A stretch of 42,148 nt of DNA. Origin: a virus (lineage: Duplodnaviria > Caudoviricetes). The position numbers and the translations under genes were made by a program. Of the stretch, positions 25,001 through 35,300 are shown one piece after another; the stretch's first letter is position 1, and every line of letters begins with the position of its first letter. The notes below the pieces were generated by a model. It searched no databases. It was not told the DNA's origin and saw only the letters and a program-made list of their open reading frames with translations. Location of the stretch: the IMG/VR virus record IMGVR_UViG_3300032257_000037, positions 1-42,148 of that record. One strand, written 5' to 3'.

Positions 25001-25909
25001 TTTCGTTATCATGGTATCAAAATCAATAAGTTGTTCTTCTGTGCTACGTGTGATTATTTCTGGGTCTAACTTATCACCTATAGCTTTTCTAGTGATTACA
25101 GAACCATCAGTTATATTTAATCCAAATTCTTCATCTAAGGCATTAGTTATACCACTACTATCAGCTATCTCATCAACATTATCAGTAAACTTATTTGCTT
25201 GATGTTGTCCGTATTTAAAAGCACCAAAGTTAAGAATAGAACTTAATGCGATAACTGGCAATGATTCAACCAAGTCACGCTCTCTATCGAAAATAGTATC
25301 AGATACTTCTTCTGCGGCTATAACTCCAACATCAACACCTAATAATACTGCCGCACTTTTTTGTTGCATAGAGGCTAATCTACCTAGCACTAATCCAGCA
25401 CCTAGAGCAGGGGTAGCAACTTGACCAATCATACCAGATGCAAACTGTCCAGTTTCACCAAGTATTTTATTTACTTCTTTTGATTTGTTATTTTGCTCTT
25501 TAAACATCTGAGCTACATTGGTAAACTCTTTTAAATTTTTAGATTTACCTAATTCTATCCTCTGAGTAGGGTCTGTAATTTCATATATATTAAGTAGCTC
25601 GTTGAAGTGTTCTTTATTTGAGCGTATATTCTCCTTGAAAGAATCATCCTCATCACCATTTCCAACATCATATTCAAGGTAGTCTGCCGCTCTACTTATT
25701 ATATTATTGTTTACAATATTATTCCAAAAAGCTACTGTCTTATCTACAACACCAGCATCATCTCTAGTTTTATTTATGCTTGCTTTCGATACTACATCTT
25801 CATCTATAGAGTCGGAGGTTTTAATCCCAAAGCCTAAATCTGTTTCTAATCCGCCAGAGTCAACACTACTAATTACATCATCATATGCTAACTTCTCAAA
25901 CTGGCTCAT
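22037..25909 (-). CDS. Large internal virion (ejection) protein, gp16-like position
   Basis: 1290 aa, helical, with hydrophobic segments; third of three genes of increasing size. Confidence 0.7.
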   Translation of the reverse strand: MSQFEKLAYDDVISSVDSGGLETDLGFGIKTSDSIDEDVVSKASINKTRDDAGVVDKTVAFWNNIVNNNIISRAADYLEYDVGNGDEDDSFKENIRSNKEHFNELLNIYEITDPTQRIELGKSKNLKEFTNVAQMFKEQNNKSKEVNKILGETGQFASGMIGQVATPALGAGLVLGRLASMQQKSAAVLLGVDVGVIAAEEVSDTIFDRERDLVESLPVIALSSILNFGAFKYGQHQANKFTDNVDEIADSSGITNALDEEFGLNITDGSVITRKAIGDKLDPEIITRSTEEQLIDFDTMITKERNDIDALKSTQTKDNRAEIMTAIRDKEDTIKQLRKDKDARIVKEEVELVIRKQASAEKDFMELKAKADKTRPNFIKQKELMNRQKSLMIWKDISENVSGYISKLKTDIKNMAELSEAGVKLPKYYRDTLKAEIKSVFEVGSKYAKKRMAGIGIEESLIKKLDDIEFKIDNNGRFIGEPPITISRTEDGTGAVLSVIDKEGKKHKLNNKIIPLGLALAILPTFAMAGGLTDSDGDEHTVRDVILAMALLAGGYKLGMPKVRDGSAKEALSSFSRKAVGLVSVSRRKTETTTIAEHSEDVLREANMAWTDASSVFKSNPTADSFMKKMLFDSSKPDGLTADVEVHTLVFSNSSKLTQAENKNWLAYAKEKGMHKARANSNAMEKNSLREKFNFEATEHMEGKLSDSPAVIAYAKEVKEINDSLFDLLIDRGVTGFKTEKKIDNYVMKSINHGFRDTLAGLRNNNMTDVVDDITEKLAVMIQKGVREKPISYEDSLKTAKEYISGIEHGKPSRYIDDDDPISALANAMDAQSVSRNSINDFIDKFGAKSSRVKDRLSMDMKAWGENLHFTIDGKDVEFGLSDLYERDLSSITDKYIKVMAGNSGLAVAGHKNLSSVRASIDSITGKNAELLKDEADNVVKLLFGGSLYNGNTIAEKMIESAKNLAMIPAMPLVSVAMAPEILKTVARIAVNNTARQEALNSIASIFGKDKESFLYKQMSKTMGFATSMKRHNETGRFMMDNNPMEGSKSSFVAGTRTLRDIAFKTFQLPRVSDWIAQVNMTANVDVLRQILDGEKSLKPVMKQRFGITDRTFKLLKGKLEKTKDGNVKDFDNSKWDLDAQDEFKHVMFSMQQRYAQEAALGMSQLWSKKSAFANSIGSLLGFPLTAVKNHAITDTRLMLDKDLAGLTSQMAWFAGGYVASVLRAELSGKDVEPREHAMRAISSMPIFGGIGVGKSLITGDTVVNNAVGGMVDNITGLMTSFDSEGVLGD

Positions 25910-25918
25910 AAGATACCT

Positions 25919-27991
25919 TTATTTATTTATTTCTATTAATTCTGATACAGATTTGTCTATTAATGCACCAGTATTAACGCTGTTGCTCATTATATCACTA
26001 ACATTATAGTATCTTTCTTTATCCCCAAAACTTGCTTTTATAACAAACTTTCCATCAGCAGAATATTCAACTATTGTGTGATATTCTCCACTATTAATCT
26101 CTACACCTTTATTCCACTCATTAGCCATATTTGCTTTTATTATATTGTGCATATATTCTACTTGAGGAACATTGTACTGCTTTCCACTTTTGCTATCTAT
26201 AGGGAATATAGATACTTCACTATCATCTCCAAATAGTCCGAATGGTGTGCTTTCTGTTGAGTTTGTTATCGTTTCTACAAGCTTATTTATTTTCTCTTGG
26301 TCAACCATTTCCCCATCATCTAGCTTTTGATTAACTATAAAGTTAGATATTGATTTCATAACAGATGGTCTGTTAACTGGAGAAACTGTACCATCAGACA
26401 ATGTAAATCTATCCTCTAATGCTTTAGAAATTATATTATCTTTTGTATTCATTAAGTGCATTAGCTTTTTATGAGTAACTAAATCTGGTGAATTTTTATA
26501 GCTAGTCATATATGCTTGCACTCTCTCTAAATAGTTCTTTTCTGCTGTATCAACTTCCATTCCACCATCTATATCTTTTTGCATAGTAGCTAGATATTTC
26601 CCTCTGGCTGTTTTTACTGAGTTAATAAATTTAGGGTTAGACATTAAATCAGTAGGGCTAACATTACCTTTAGATATTTTATATTCAGCAAGCAATAGTG
26701 AGTTGTTTAATTCATTAACGCTACTAAACTTGGCAGTATCGCCACTATTATTTATTATGCTCATTGTCTTAGTGAATCCCTCTGTAGCATATGTAGCATC
26801 AGATAGTCTAAGTAGACTGGATAGGGCTTCATTTTTTTCTTCATCATTCATATTTGAAAGACCATTAAATAGAGCATCAAATTCTCTAGTTGCAATCAAC
26901 TTAGTTGTTGCATTAACATTCTCTTTTGCTGTTAAATCTATATTTTTATTATGAACAGCATTTTGAGCTTTTGTTAAAACTAAATCATTTTTTGCTATCT
27001 TAACTTTCAATGTACTAAGTTTAGCTGAATCTTTAGTTGATAAATTGTCAACAGAATCAAGCTCTCTTGCTATCTGAATCATTTCATTTTGTCTGTCTAT
27101 ATCCATAGCTCTACCATCACTAAGATTAGTAGATTGATTTCTCTCCAAAGCGGTAAGTGTTGAAATCATATTAGTATTTCGTGATTCCATACTATTAATG
27201 CTTTTAGATATATCAGACTTAAACTTTTCAAATTCATTTAAAATTATACCCTTAGAGTCCTCAGTTACATATTCTGGTGCTTCAACATAATTATCACCTT
27301 TTTTATACTTGATACCATTTTTGTCTACACCATCTTTAGTTCTAGTTGATATTTTATATACTGGATTTTCACCAACCGCAAGCATATCGTTAAAAGATTC
27401 ATTGATGTTTTTAGAACCACTAATAACTTCATTGATTATTTCACTATTATTTAAAGCAGATTCATTACTTATCTTTTTTGCAGTAGACTTTGCATGAGAT
27501 ATTATTAAATCTTTTTTATCCTTCTCATCATTGAATTTATTATTAATAACATCTGATAATTCTGTTTGACTCATCATTCCACCATTTGAATCAAACTGTG
27601 CTTTTTTACCATCAATATATTCAGACTTTCTAAACTTATAATCTTTAGTTAGCCAATTTGCAGAATAAGAATCTCTAGTATTTTCCATTCCAGCTATTGC
27701 AGATTTTGCTCTCTCATAGCCATCTGAGCCCTCTGGATATTTGTTTTCTAAAATTTTTATATTCTTGCTTACACTATCAGATAATGTTGCAGAAGCACCA
27801 CTCCAATATCCAGAAGCATTAACTCCAACACCATTTAGGTTTGAGTCATTTACATTTTTTGCTATAGATGAAGTCATTGAATTAATTTCAGCGGCTTGTA
27901 TGCGTTCATCAGCGGCATACTTCTCTTGAGCTATACCAGCACCAGCACTAATTATTGATAGTAAGTCTTGAGTTAGGTTTGATTGTGCCAT
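25919..27991 (-). CDS. Internal virion protein, gp15-like position
   Basis: 690 aa helical protein; synteny. Confidence 0.65.
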   Translation of the reverse strand: MAQSNLTQDLLSIISAGAGIAQEKYAADERIQAAEINSMTSSIAKNVNDSNLNGVGVNASGYWSGASATLSDSVSKNIKILENKYPEGSDGYERAKSAIAGMENTRDSYSANWLTKDYKFRKSEYIDGKKAQFDSNGGMMSQTELSDVINNKFNDEKDKKDLIISHAKSTAKKISNESALNNSEIINEVISGSKNINESFNDMLAVGENPVYKISTRTKDGVDKNGIKYKKGDNYVEAPEYVTEDSKGIILNEFEKFKSDISKSINSMESRNTNMISTLTALERNQSTNLSDGRAMDIDRQNEMIQIARELDSVDNLSTKDSAKLSTLKVKIAKNDLVLTKAQNAVHNKNIDLTAKENVNATTKLIATREFDALFNGLSNMNDEEKNEALSSLLRLSDATYATEGFTKTMSIINNSGDTAKFSSVNELNNSLLLAEYKISKGNVSPTDLMSNPKFINSVKTARGKYLATMQKDIDGGMEVDTAEKNYLERVQAYMTSYKNSPDLVTHKKLMHLMNTKDNIISKALEDRFTLSDGTVSPVNRPSVMKSISNFIVNQKLDDGEMVDQEKINKLVETITNSTESTPFGLFGDDSEVSIFPIDSKSGKQYNVPQVEYMHNIIKANMANEWNKGVEINSGEYHTIVEYSADGKFVIKASFGDKERYYNVSDIMSNSVNTGALIDKSVSELIEINK

Positions 27992-27992
27992 A

Positions 27993-28559
27993 TTAGCCTC
28001 CTAGTACATTTGTTTTTTGTTGAGTAGACAATAAGCCTAGAGAGCTTTTAAATGCAGACAATCCAGCACCAAAAGTTCCTAGACCAGCTTGAGTACCAGT
28101 TAATGCAGATTCAGATAATGCTGTCATTGTACTTCTAAATTTCATTTCATCAGCAACTATCTTATTTAATAATTGAGTTTGTTGTTGTCTACCTTTTCCT
28201 ACAATTTCAACATCACGTTCTCTTTTTGCAGTAGTAGCTTGAGCAATATTTTCTTTAGTAATATTTCCAGATAAACCAGTATTTGCAGACATAGCTATAA
28301 GTGTGCCCTCATCTTTAAGTGCTTGAATTTCACTCTTAGATAATATGTTTGATAACTCTCTATCTATTGCGGCAACTTCTTCTATTGTCATATTTTGATT
28401 ATATAGGAAATCTTCTTTAACTAAGTCCATCTTGCGTGATAGTGCTTCACTATTCTTTTTTTGGTCGTAAAGGCTTGTTCCAATAGCTAGTGCTGTAAGA
28501 CCGACAGTTGTTACACCACCATATCCAGTAGATGTGTTGGGCTTTACTAATGCAGGCAT
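27993..28559 (-). CDS. Internal virion protein, gp14-like
   Basis: 188 aa with Gly-rich hydrophobic ends and A...GLSGN motif. Confidence 0.7.
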   Translation of the reverse strand: MPALVKPNTSTGYGGVTTVGLTALAIGTSLYDQKKNSEALSRKMDLVKEDFLYNQNMTIEEVAAIDRELSNILSKSEIQALKDEGTLIAMSANTGLSGNITKENIAQATTAKRERDVEIVGKGRQQQTQLLNKIVADEMKFRSTMTALSESALTGTQAGLGTFGAGLSAFKSSLGLLSTQQKTNVLGG

Positions 28560-28569
28560 AATATATCCT

Positions 28570-29625
28570 TTATATAATATTTACAGACTGAATATCAAAA
28601 GAGATAAAGTCCATAGTTACGTCCATATCAACACTTGATTTAACTCTTATCTTGTATATATCACCAATAGTACCAACAATAGGTAAACTAAAGCTAAGTG
28701 CATCAGTCGTAGCATCTCTAGGAATATTCTTAGTAAATGGAACAATTACAGATGCAGTAGTTTGATTATACAATTCAAAAGTAACTGAGCGTGTACTTGT
28801 TGCAGATACAAAACTAATATCAGCCGTTAAGTGCATACGATACCCACCATTATTTGAAAGCGTGATAGTACCATTCAGTAAGTCATTTACCATAACAATA
28901 CTGCTATCAGTAACATATCCATTAATATCTTGTGCTACAGCAGTTGTTGAGTATATAGGTGTAGTTTGTCCTTGCATCCCAGCAAATACATTAGGTAAGC
29001 TAAGATTGTTGATTATGTATACGATAAGTTGCCCATTAACAGCATCACTAACAGATACGCCGCCTACTCTCGATACAATATCTGGTGGTGTTTCAGTTAA
29101 TGTACCAGCAACAATATCACTAAGATATAGAGGTACGCCAGCTGTAAATCCAGAAGTATTTAACCCAGATATTTCACCTATAGTAACTGCCGCACTCTCA
29201 GCTCCATCTGCTATATCTTCTTGAGCAACACCAAATACTCTAGCATTATCAAACGTATCGGCTAAGGCTTTAACAACCTTTACTTTTCCACCAACAGATA
29301 CTCCATCATGCCTAAGCACAGAACCTTTTTCAATTAAAAGACCAGTTTGATTAATAACATGCAAGTGGTTCATGTGTCCTAAGCTAACTTCAACACCATT
29401 ATAAGCACCTTGAACTCTTAGTGTTCCAGATGGTGCATCATAATATACTTTACCCTCTACATGAGTTGGTGGTGTAGCTTGAGGTGTATATGTTAAATCG
29501 TCAACAGCAACTTTAGTTTCTTCTGCTGTTAGTCTAGTTTCTAAGTCTTGAAAGTTAGCATCAATAGCATCTGCTACTGCTTGACCGCTATCTCCATCTG
29601 TTATTGTTGGTAATGTTACTGGCAT
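28570..29625 (-). CDS. Virion structural protein (second fibre or head-decoration-like)
   Basis: 351 aa, beta-rich; EGKVYYD and GVPLYLS...GTLT motifs typical of fibre or cement modules. Confidence 0.55.
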   Translation of the reverse strand: MPVTLPTITDGDSGQAVADAIDANFQDLETRLTAEETKVAVDDLTYTPQATPPTHVEGKVYYDAPSGTLRVQGAYNGVEVSLGHMNHLHVINQTGLLIEKGSVLRHDGVSVGGKVKVVKALADTFDNARVFGVAQEDIADGAESAAVTIGEISGLNTSGFTAGVPLYLSDIVAGTLTETPPDIVSRVGGVSVSDAVNGQLIVYIINNLSLPNVFAGMQGQTTPIYSTTAVAQDINGYVTDSSIVMVNDLLNGTITLSNNGGYRMHLTADISFVSATSTRSVTFELYNQTTASVIVPFTKNIPRDATTDALSFSLPIVGTIGDIYKIRVKSSVDMDVTMDFISFDIQSVNII

Positions 29626-29657
29626 AGTGAATCCTTAATGTGTTATTATATCTAAAA

Positions 29658-30068
29658 TCAACCTACGCTCATACGTTTTGATGCTTGAAAGGCTCTATTT
29701 GGAGTTTGTTTAGCCCATTTTGAGTCAATCATTTCTCTTGATGCCGTATCGAAATCAAACTTTTCAATAGCTAACCACATCTTTTTAAACTTTAAAACTC
29801 CTCTAACACCAAGTTGATAAGCCATTTCTATCAAAACATCTTGCCTTTCTTGTGATAGGTCAATGATAATACTTTTCTCATCCATGAGTTCTTTTGCAAA
29901 CCTCTTTAATCTTATCACCAAAAGAGCATGGGCTTCTTCTCTAGTAATACCATTTTCAATAAGTGTACCAAACCCTATTGTTAAAAAACCTAAATGGTCT
30001 TTATATGGTTTAGCGACAAACCCCTCATGCTCTTTTATTGATATGATTAAATCTTCACTTAATGTCAT
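29658..30068 (-). CDS. Endolysin, T4-lysozyme-like (GH24) muramidase
   Basis: IKEHEGF..KPYKDHLGFLTIGFG...EMAYQLGV.G..KFKKM...EMIDSKWAKQTPNRA. Confidence 0.93.
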   Translation of the reverse strand: MTLSEDLIISIKEHEGFVAKPYKDHLGFLTIGFGTLIENGITREEAHALLVIRLKRFAKELMDEKSIIIDLSQERQDVLIEMAYQLGVRGVLKFKKMWLAIEKFDFDTASREMIDSKWAKQTPNRAFQASKRMSVG

Positions 30069-30436
30069 TTATGTTCCTTTTTATACTTCATGAAGTTCTT
30101 ATAAGTAGCTTTCTGTTTCCAAGTAACTTCTGATATATTATAATTAAGGATTAATATAGCTATTGCAGATACTAGGATATTTCCAATAAGTAAAACAGAT
30201 AGTATCTTAACTTTTCTACTTGCTGATTCTTCTGAGTTATTTAGGCTTGTTTCTACTTTTACTAAGGAATTATTTACCCTATTGCTAATATTATTCATAT
30301 ACGAGCTAGTGCTAGTTGATAAGTGTGCTAGTTGCAACATGAGTTCATTGTATTTAGCGTTCATTTCTTTTTCTATTGAATCATTGACTATCTCATGAGT
30401 CTGTGGCATTTTTCTTATCCTTTTTAATAACATCAC
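30065..30436 (-). CDS. Membrane protein in the lysis cassette
   Basis: Coiled coil followed by one TM; adjacent to the endolysin. Confidence 0.6.
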   Translation of the reverse strand: MMLLKRIRKMPQTHEIVNDSIEKEMNAKYNELMLQLAHLSTSTSSYMNNISNRVNNSLVKVETSLNNSEESASRKVKILSVLLIGNILVSAIAILILNYNISEVTWKQKATYKNFMKYKKEHK

Positions 30437-30866
30437 GATTTATAGCTTTTTCTGATGAGGATTTTATATTTGCAGTATGTTTCAATTTTAATATCTCATT
30501 TGTGCTCCATAAAATAAAACTAAAAGCACCTAAGAGGGAAGCACCAATAAGTATTCTGCTTCCCCAAGCTAATACCTTTCCAGCACCACGCAACTCCGCT
30601 AGTTCTAATAATATCTTGTCTGTTTTTTTATCTGCCTCTATATTTCTTAATAGTACAGCATCAAAATTTTTCACTAATGTTCCCAATGCTTCTGATACAA
30701 CCCCTAACTGTTTACTCATGTTAATAACTCCGTTGTGAGCAGATTCAGCTTTTGGTGCATTTACCTCACAAGCTACATCATGTTTATCCACTAAGTGAGT
30801 TATTTTTTCAAGGACTTTATCTATATTATCTAGTCTTGCTTCCAGTGTTGCTACTCTTTCTTGCAT
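30393..30866 (-). CDS. Coiled-coil + C-terminal TM protein (holin/XhlA-like architecture)
   Basis: MQERVATLEARLDNI...; TM ILIGASLLGAFSFILW. Confidence 0.6.
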   Translation of the reverse strand: MQERVATLEARLDNIDKVLEKITHLVDKHDVACEVNAPKAESAHNGVINMSKQLGVVSEALGTLVKNFDAVLLRNIEADKKTDKILLELAELRGAGKVLAWGSRILIGASLLGAFSFILWSTNEILKLKHTANIKSSSEKAINRDVIKKDKKNATDS

Positions 30867-30890
30867 GACAAACCTTGATTTATTTTTAGT

Positions 30891-30899
30891 ATTGTAACA
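30891..30899 (-). promoter_or_regulatory. Extended -10 promoter (TGTTACAAT) upstream of the endolysin sub-operon
   Basis: Lies in the 35-bp gap before ATG 30866. Confidence 0.45.
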
Positions 30900-30901
30900 T
30901 A

Positions 30902-31297
30902 TTACTCTATTGTTTTTTTACTATTTTTATTATCTAGTGCTTTCTTGGCTTCTTTATCTCTAACTCTCTGATTGTGTTCTTCTACTTTAGTAATAAGAGA
31001 ACCTAAATATTCATAAATTTCATATATCAAATTATTATCCATAATTGAAGCATTTTTATAAGAATGACTACCTAAATTTGTTTTGCTTAAATCCCTATAT
31101 AGTATAGCACTTGATATATTTTTATCTATAACATCAACCATGCCTATAGGCTCTAGCTTCCATTCACTCATTTGTAATAACTCTATAGGTTCAAATTCTT
31201 CACACCCATACATCTCAGGTATAGCATGATGTTTAACGCACCCCGATAGGGAGAGTAATGATACCACTATTAGGATTATTAAGCTTATCTTTTGCAT
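30902..31297 (-). CDS. Lipoprotein, probable o-spanin
   Basis: MQKISLIILIVVSLLSLSGC lipobox; overlaps the 3' end of the upstream TM gene. Confidence 0.65.
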   Translation of the reverse strand: MQKISLIILIVVSLLSLSGCVKHHAIPEMYGCEEFEPIELLQMSEWKLEPIGMVDVIDKNISSAILYRDLSKTNLGSHSYKNASIMDNNLIYEIYEYLGSLITKVEEHNQRVRDKEAKKALDNKNSKKTIE

Positions 31298-31517
31298 ATT
31301 GTAAGTCCTTTTGTCTTTTAACTTCTTTATCAATCTTTGTCTGACAACCAGTTTTTTCTAGTTCGTATAAATATTTCCAGTTATCAGCTTGCTTATCTAC
31401 GCTTTCTTTTTGTAACTTTAGAACTATATATTCATCATAGATTGAGTAAACTTTATACATTGATAGCAAAAGGATAGTAGTAATGATTAAAACTAGTATA
31501 GCTATTACTGTTTTCAC
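31233..31517 (-). CDS. Probable i-spanin
   Basis: N-terminal TM plus coiled coil, overlapping the lipoprotein gene. Confidence 0.65.
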   Translation of the reverse strand: MKTVIAILVLIITTILLLSMYKVYSIYDEYIVLKLQKESVDKQADNWKYLYELEKTGCQTKIDKEVKRQKDLQYAKDKLNNPNSGIITLPIGVR

Positions 31518-31684
31518 TTCTCATCCTTAGTAGTCAGTTCTATCTTAGTATCCCCATGAGATGCTTTAATTTTAATATCACCAAAGAACATATAGAAAGA
31601 TAATGATATTAATAAAAACCCGACACCGAATTTCATAGGTTTTGTTTTGAAGCTAGTCCAAAATGCTGTTATTGTTTTATTCAT
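31514..31684 (-). CDS. Small membrane protein, 56 aa (holin candidate)
   Basis: Translated manually: MNKTITAFWTSFKTKPMKFGVGFLLISLSFYMFFGD...; overlaps both neighbours. Confidence 0.6.
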   Translation of the reverse strand: MNKTITAFWTSFKTKPMKFGVGFLLISLSFYMFFGDIKIKASHGDTKIELTTKDEK

Positions 31685-31929
31685 CAAAGTACCTTTTTAA
31701 TCATTAGTAATGGATATCTTACCATACAGCCTATTAACCCACCAAGTGTAATAAGTAAACCGCCTACTGCTTTATTCTCTCTTAGGCACTTATTGAACTT
31801 AGTTGTACTGCAATTCTCATCATGTATCTTACAACATAAATCACCAATAGGGAATAACTCCCACTTGTACCACTTTACCCACTTAGCCCATCTCTCAGGA
31901 AACCAAGTGCAATGATTGTTTTTGCTCAT
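31684..31929 (-). CDS. Small protein with phospholipase-A2-like CCxxHD motif
   Basis: CTWFPE...DLCCKIHDENC...F.KCL; C-terminal hydrophobic helix. Confidence 0.55.
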   Translation of the reverse strand: MSKNNHCTWFPERWAKWVKWYKWELFPIGDLCCKIHDENCSTTKFNKCLRENKAVGGLLITLGGLIGCMVRYPLLMIKKVL

Positions 31930-32384
31930 TATAACGCTCTGATAGTAGTTTTATAATCAGTCCAAACTGCTTTACCTTGTGCGATACCTGCAATTAGTAT
32001 CTCTTGTAGTTCAGCAATAGTAGTTAATCTGATAGTGTTATCAGCTAGTACCCACTCCTCACTAACTCCACCATCAATAGTTATTTGAAAGTTTGCTAGG
32101 TCTTGTGGTCTTACTTGATACTCGCTACCATCTGCTAAAGAATAAGTGCTTGATTGTAAAGCTGTATCTCTATCCTCTTTAGCTTTAATGCGTAAGAGTT
32201 CATTATCTACAGCCCACGTACCATCTGCTTGTGCTACCATAGTGGCATCATTGTTATCTGATACCATTTCAATACTACCACTTGCTAACTCATCTGCTAT
32301 TCCGTCTACATCTGAAGCGCCTACTATAGTTACTTCAGATTTACCAATTTTACAAAAATATTTTCGTGCCATTTTATTTTCCAC
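31929..32384 (-). CDS. Tail fibre assembly/chaperone protein (DUF4376-like)
   Basis: Directly downstream of the tail fibre; AKEDRD...EWVLADNTIRLTT..EL pattern. Confidence 0.7.
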   Translation of the reverse strand: MENKMARKYFCKIGKSEVTIVGASDVDGIADELASGSIEMVSDNNDATMVAQADGTWAVDNELLRIKAKEDRDTALQSSTYSLADGSEYQVRPQDLANFQITIDGGVSEEWVLADNTIRLTTIAELQEILIAGIAQGKAVWTDYKTTIRAL

Positions 32385-35300
32385 CTATTCTTACTAATTT
32401 AACCCTACAAGGGGTAGCAGTTGTGCCAAGTGTTGCAACATCATAAGTTCCACCATTATAAGAAGGATTACCATTAAAATTGGCTTCTAAAGCAGTTTTG
32501 ACTATAATCCCTTTAGTCGTAGCACCTGCCTTAACTCCATAAGATTGTGCTATAGTAGTATGAGTAGCCCAACTTACCATGTGCCATTCACCATTAATAA
32601 GCAACTGAGCTTCTGCGGTACAGTTTTCAGCGTTCCACCCATTAGGATACTTTAGTTTATATCGCTTATTAGGGATAATCAAATCAGGCAGAGCTTCGTC
32701 ATTTTGTGGTGTAATAAAATATACATTAGCCTTTAAATCAACAACACCATGAGCAGTAAACCCATTACTATGAGCTTCATTAATAGGATACTCTACTAAG
32801 CTGTGTAGGCTCTCTGTACCATCAACTAATACATGACCTAGCATTACTCTGTTTTCTTGTAGGTCTGAGCTGTCTAAGACTTTGTTCTCTTGTACGTTTA
32901 TGTATGGTGCATCTGATACTGCGAAAGTATACTTTATTTGACCAAAAGCAACCCAAACTGTTGCTGAACCTGCAAGAACATAAGAATCAACAACAAGCCT
33001 AACCCCTTGATATTTTGTTGTATTTGCTAAGTCTAGTTCACCAGTTGAAGCACCTTGTGTTAAAGTTATACCACTAAACAATTCAATTAGAGTCCACGTT
33101 TGACCATCATCATTTGTGCCATAAATTGATACTGCATCTGCATAATTGTATTCTGTAAAATCTTTAGCCCAATATTCTAGAGTCTTTATAACTCTAGGTT
33201 CTGAAAACATATATGTTATATGCTCTCCTACTGTTTTATTTAATCCAAAGGCAAAGTGATTGACAGATGTACCTAAAACTTTATCAAAAGCATGATAAGC
33301 ACGTATAGTTGAACTATACTCACTACTAGCACTAATAAACCCAGTTTCACTCTCAGGGCTTCCATGTCTAGCAGTTGTCTTATGAGTAACAGTTCCACTT
33401 GCATCTACAACATCAACACCCCATGTATCTGCTTTAGCTCTGTCTGTTCCTGAGTTGATAGGAAATTCAGAAGCCGATTGTACACCAGTTTTAGCATCTA
33501 CGAATAAGTATTGCTTTGTATTTGCATTACCAGTACCAACATCTAAAAGTGCTGATGCAACAGTAGTTAGGTTTGCAGTTCTTAAAGCGTTGTCTACTTT
33601 ACCATCTGCTCCGACTACTGAGATACCGCTATTGAATGTTAGCTCTTTACCGCCAGTTGGTTGAGCGTAGTAAGGAGTTGATGCTATACCAATGTGAAGT
33701 GCATTTAGTTCATTAATATCTCCATTACTACCACCATGAATAGTGAACCCATCAGTTTCAAAAGATACATTAAAAGTTGTTGTGTTTTCTACACTAGCAA
33801 GGTTTAAAAATACTGCTGTTGTACCACCTCTAACATTACTTATACAAACCCAACTACCTACGTTCTCATCTTTAAGAATAACACTAGAACCTAGAATAGT
33901 CATGTCCATTCCAGTTAATACTTTAACATCACCTGCGACACCTTGGTAACTTACTAATTTTCTATTAGCTGTTTCAGCATATCCGTATGTTATGTATTGG
34001 ACTGCATTTGTATTGACAATCCCACCCGTACCAAAAGTAAGTGTATTTTCTGTAGGTTCGGTATCGTTCCAAACCAAAATGTCATCAGTAGATGCTATTG
34101 TCGTATTTAGGTTTTGATACTTAGTTGCACCATCATAACTATTATATGTAGCCCAATTCTGAGCAACACCAGTTAAGGCTTTACGCTCTGCAAAGTCATA
34201 CTTAACACCAGTAGTAATATGTCTACCTGCTAAACCATTACCAGTATCAAGTACAATCTCATTACCTTGTACTGGATTATAGTGTCTGATTTGTGGATTA
34301 CCAGCACTATCCTTTTCAAGTAAATCTGTACCAGTATTAAGCTTACTATTTTGGATAACCCCTGCATCTGTACGATACCCTGCTGTTTTCCTAGTTGTTT
34401 GCTCTACTGTTAGAACGTAATCCACTAAGTTCGCATTAACTCTCGTACTAACTCCTACTAGAATACTGAAAGTGTTAATTTCTGTAACTTCTCCACTAAA
34501 ATTACTCTCAATAGCTGTTGAGTCAGAAGATATAAAATTAAGCTCCCTACGGATACTATCTGTAATCGAATGAGAAGTTGCACCAGTTCTAGCTTTAATG
34601 CTTAATTTACACCCAAACTGATTATTAGCTAATTTCCAATTAGTAGTATCTAATACTGGCGAAACAATACCACTTGTATTTACTATACACTCATAAGCTC
34701 TAGCATCACCAGTTGTACTATTATCATATACAATGTTACCGATTACATAGGCTGTAGCACTTACCCAGTCAATAGCCAGAGTTGTTCCATCTCCGTTATC
34801 GTTTGCTACCTGAGCTGTAGTTAATATAGAATTTACAGTACCATTACCCGTATATAAAATCTCTGTACCACCTATCTTTTGAACAGATGCTAGGTTCATA
34901 TTGTTTATGGTTGTTGATGAGTTTACTATGAATGATGAACGATTTGACATTATATTAGTGTCAACTGCCAATTCGCTAGCTTTAGCATTTGCTTCTGCTA
35001 ATTCAGCTCCAGCTTGAGCAGTTTCAGATAATCCTTGAGCCACTACTGAGGCATCTCTAGCCGCCTCTGATAATCCTTGTGCTGTTTCACTTGCTGTTTG
35101 AGCTGTTTGAGCATCTATAGCACTTTGAGCCGCATTAGCCGCTTGAACATCAGCATCTAGAATCTCAGCTAGGTTATTATTAATGTTTTGAATACCAGCA
35201 GAATTATCAGATACTACTTGAACCTGAGATGATATACCCGCAACAATTTGAATCTCACTTGATATACCAGCAACAATAGAAATATCAGCTGGTGATTGGA

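Noticed and set aside
35010-35150. Short DNA repeats in the tail fibre (AQGLSE duplicates) and KVKELEA repeats at 17780-17880
   Set aside because: In-frame and explained by coiled-coil peptide repeats, unlike the frame-independent array at 6961-7110.
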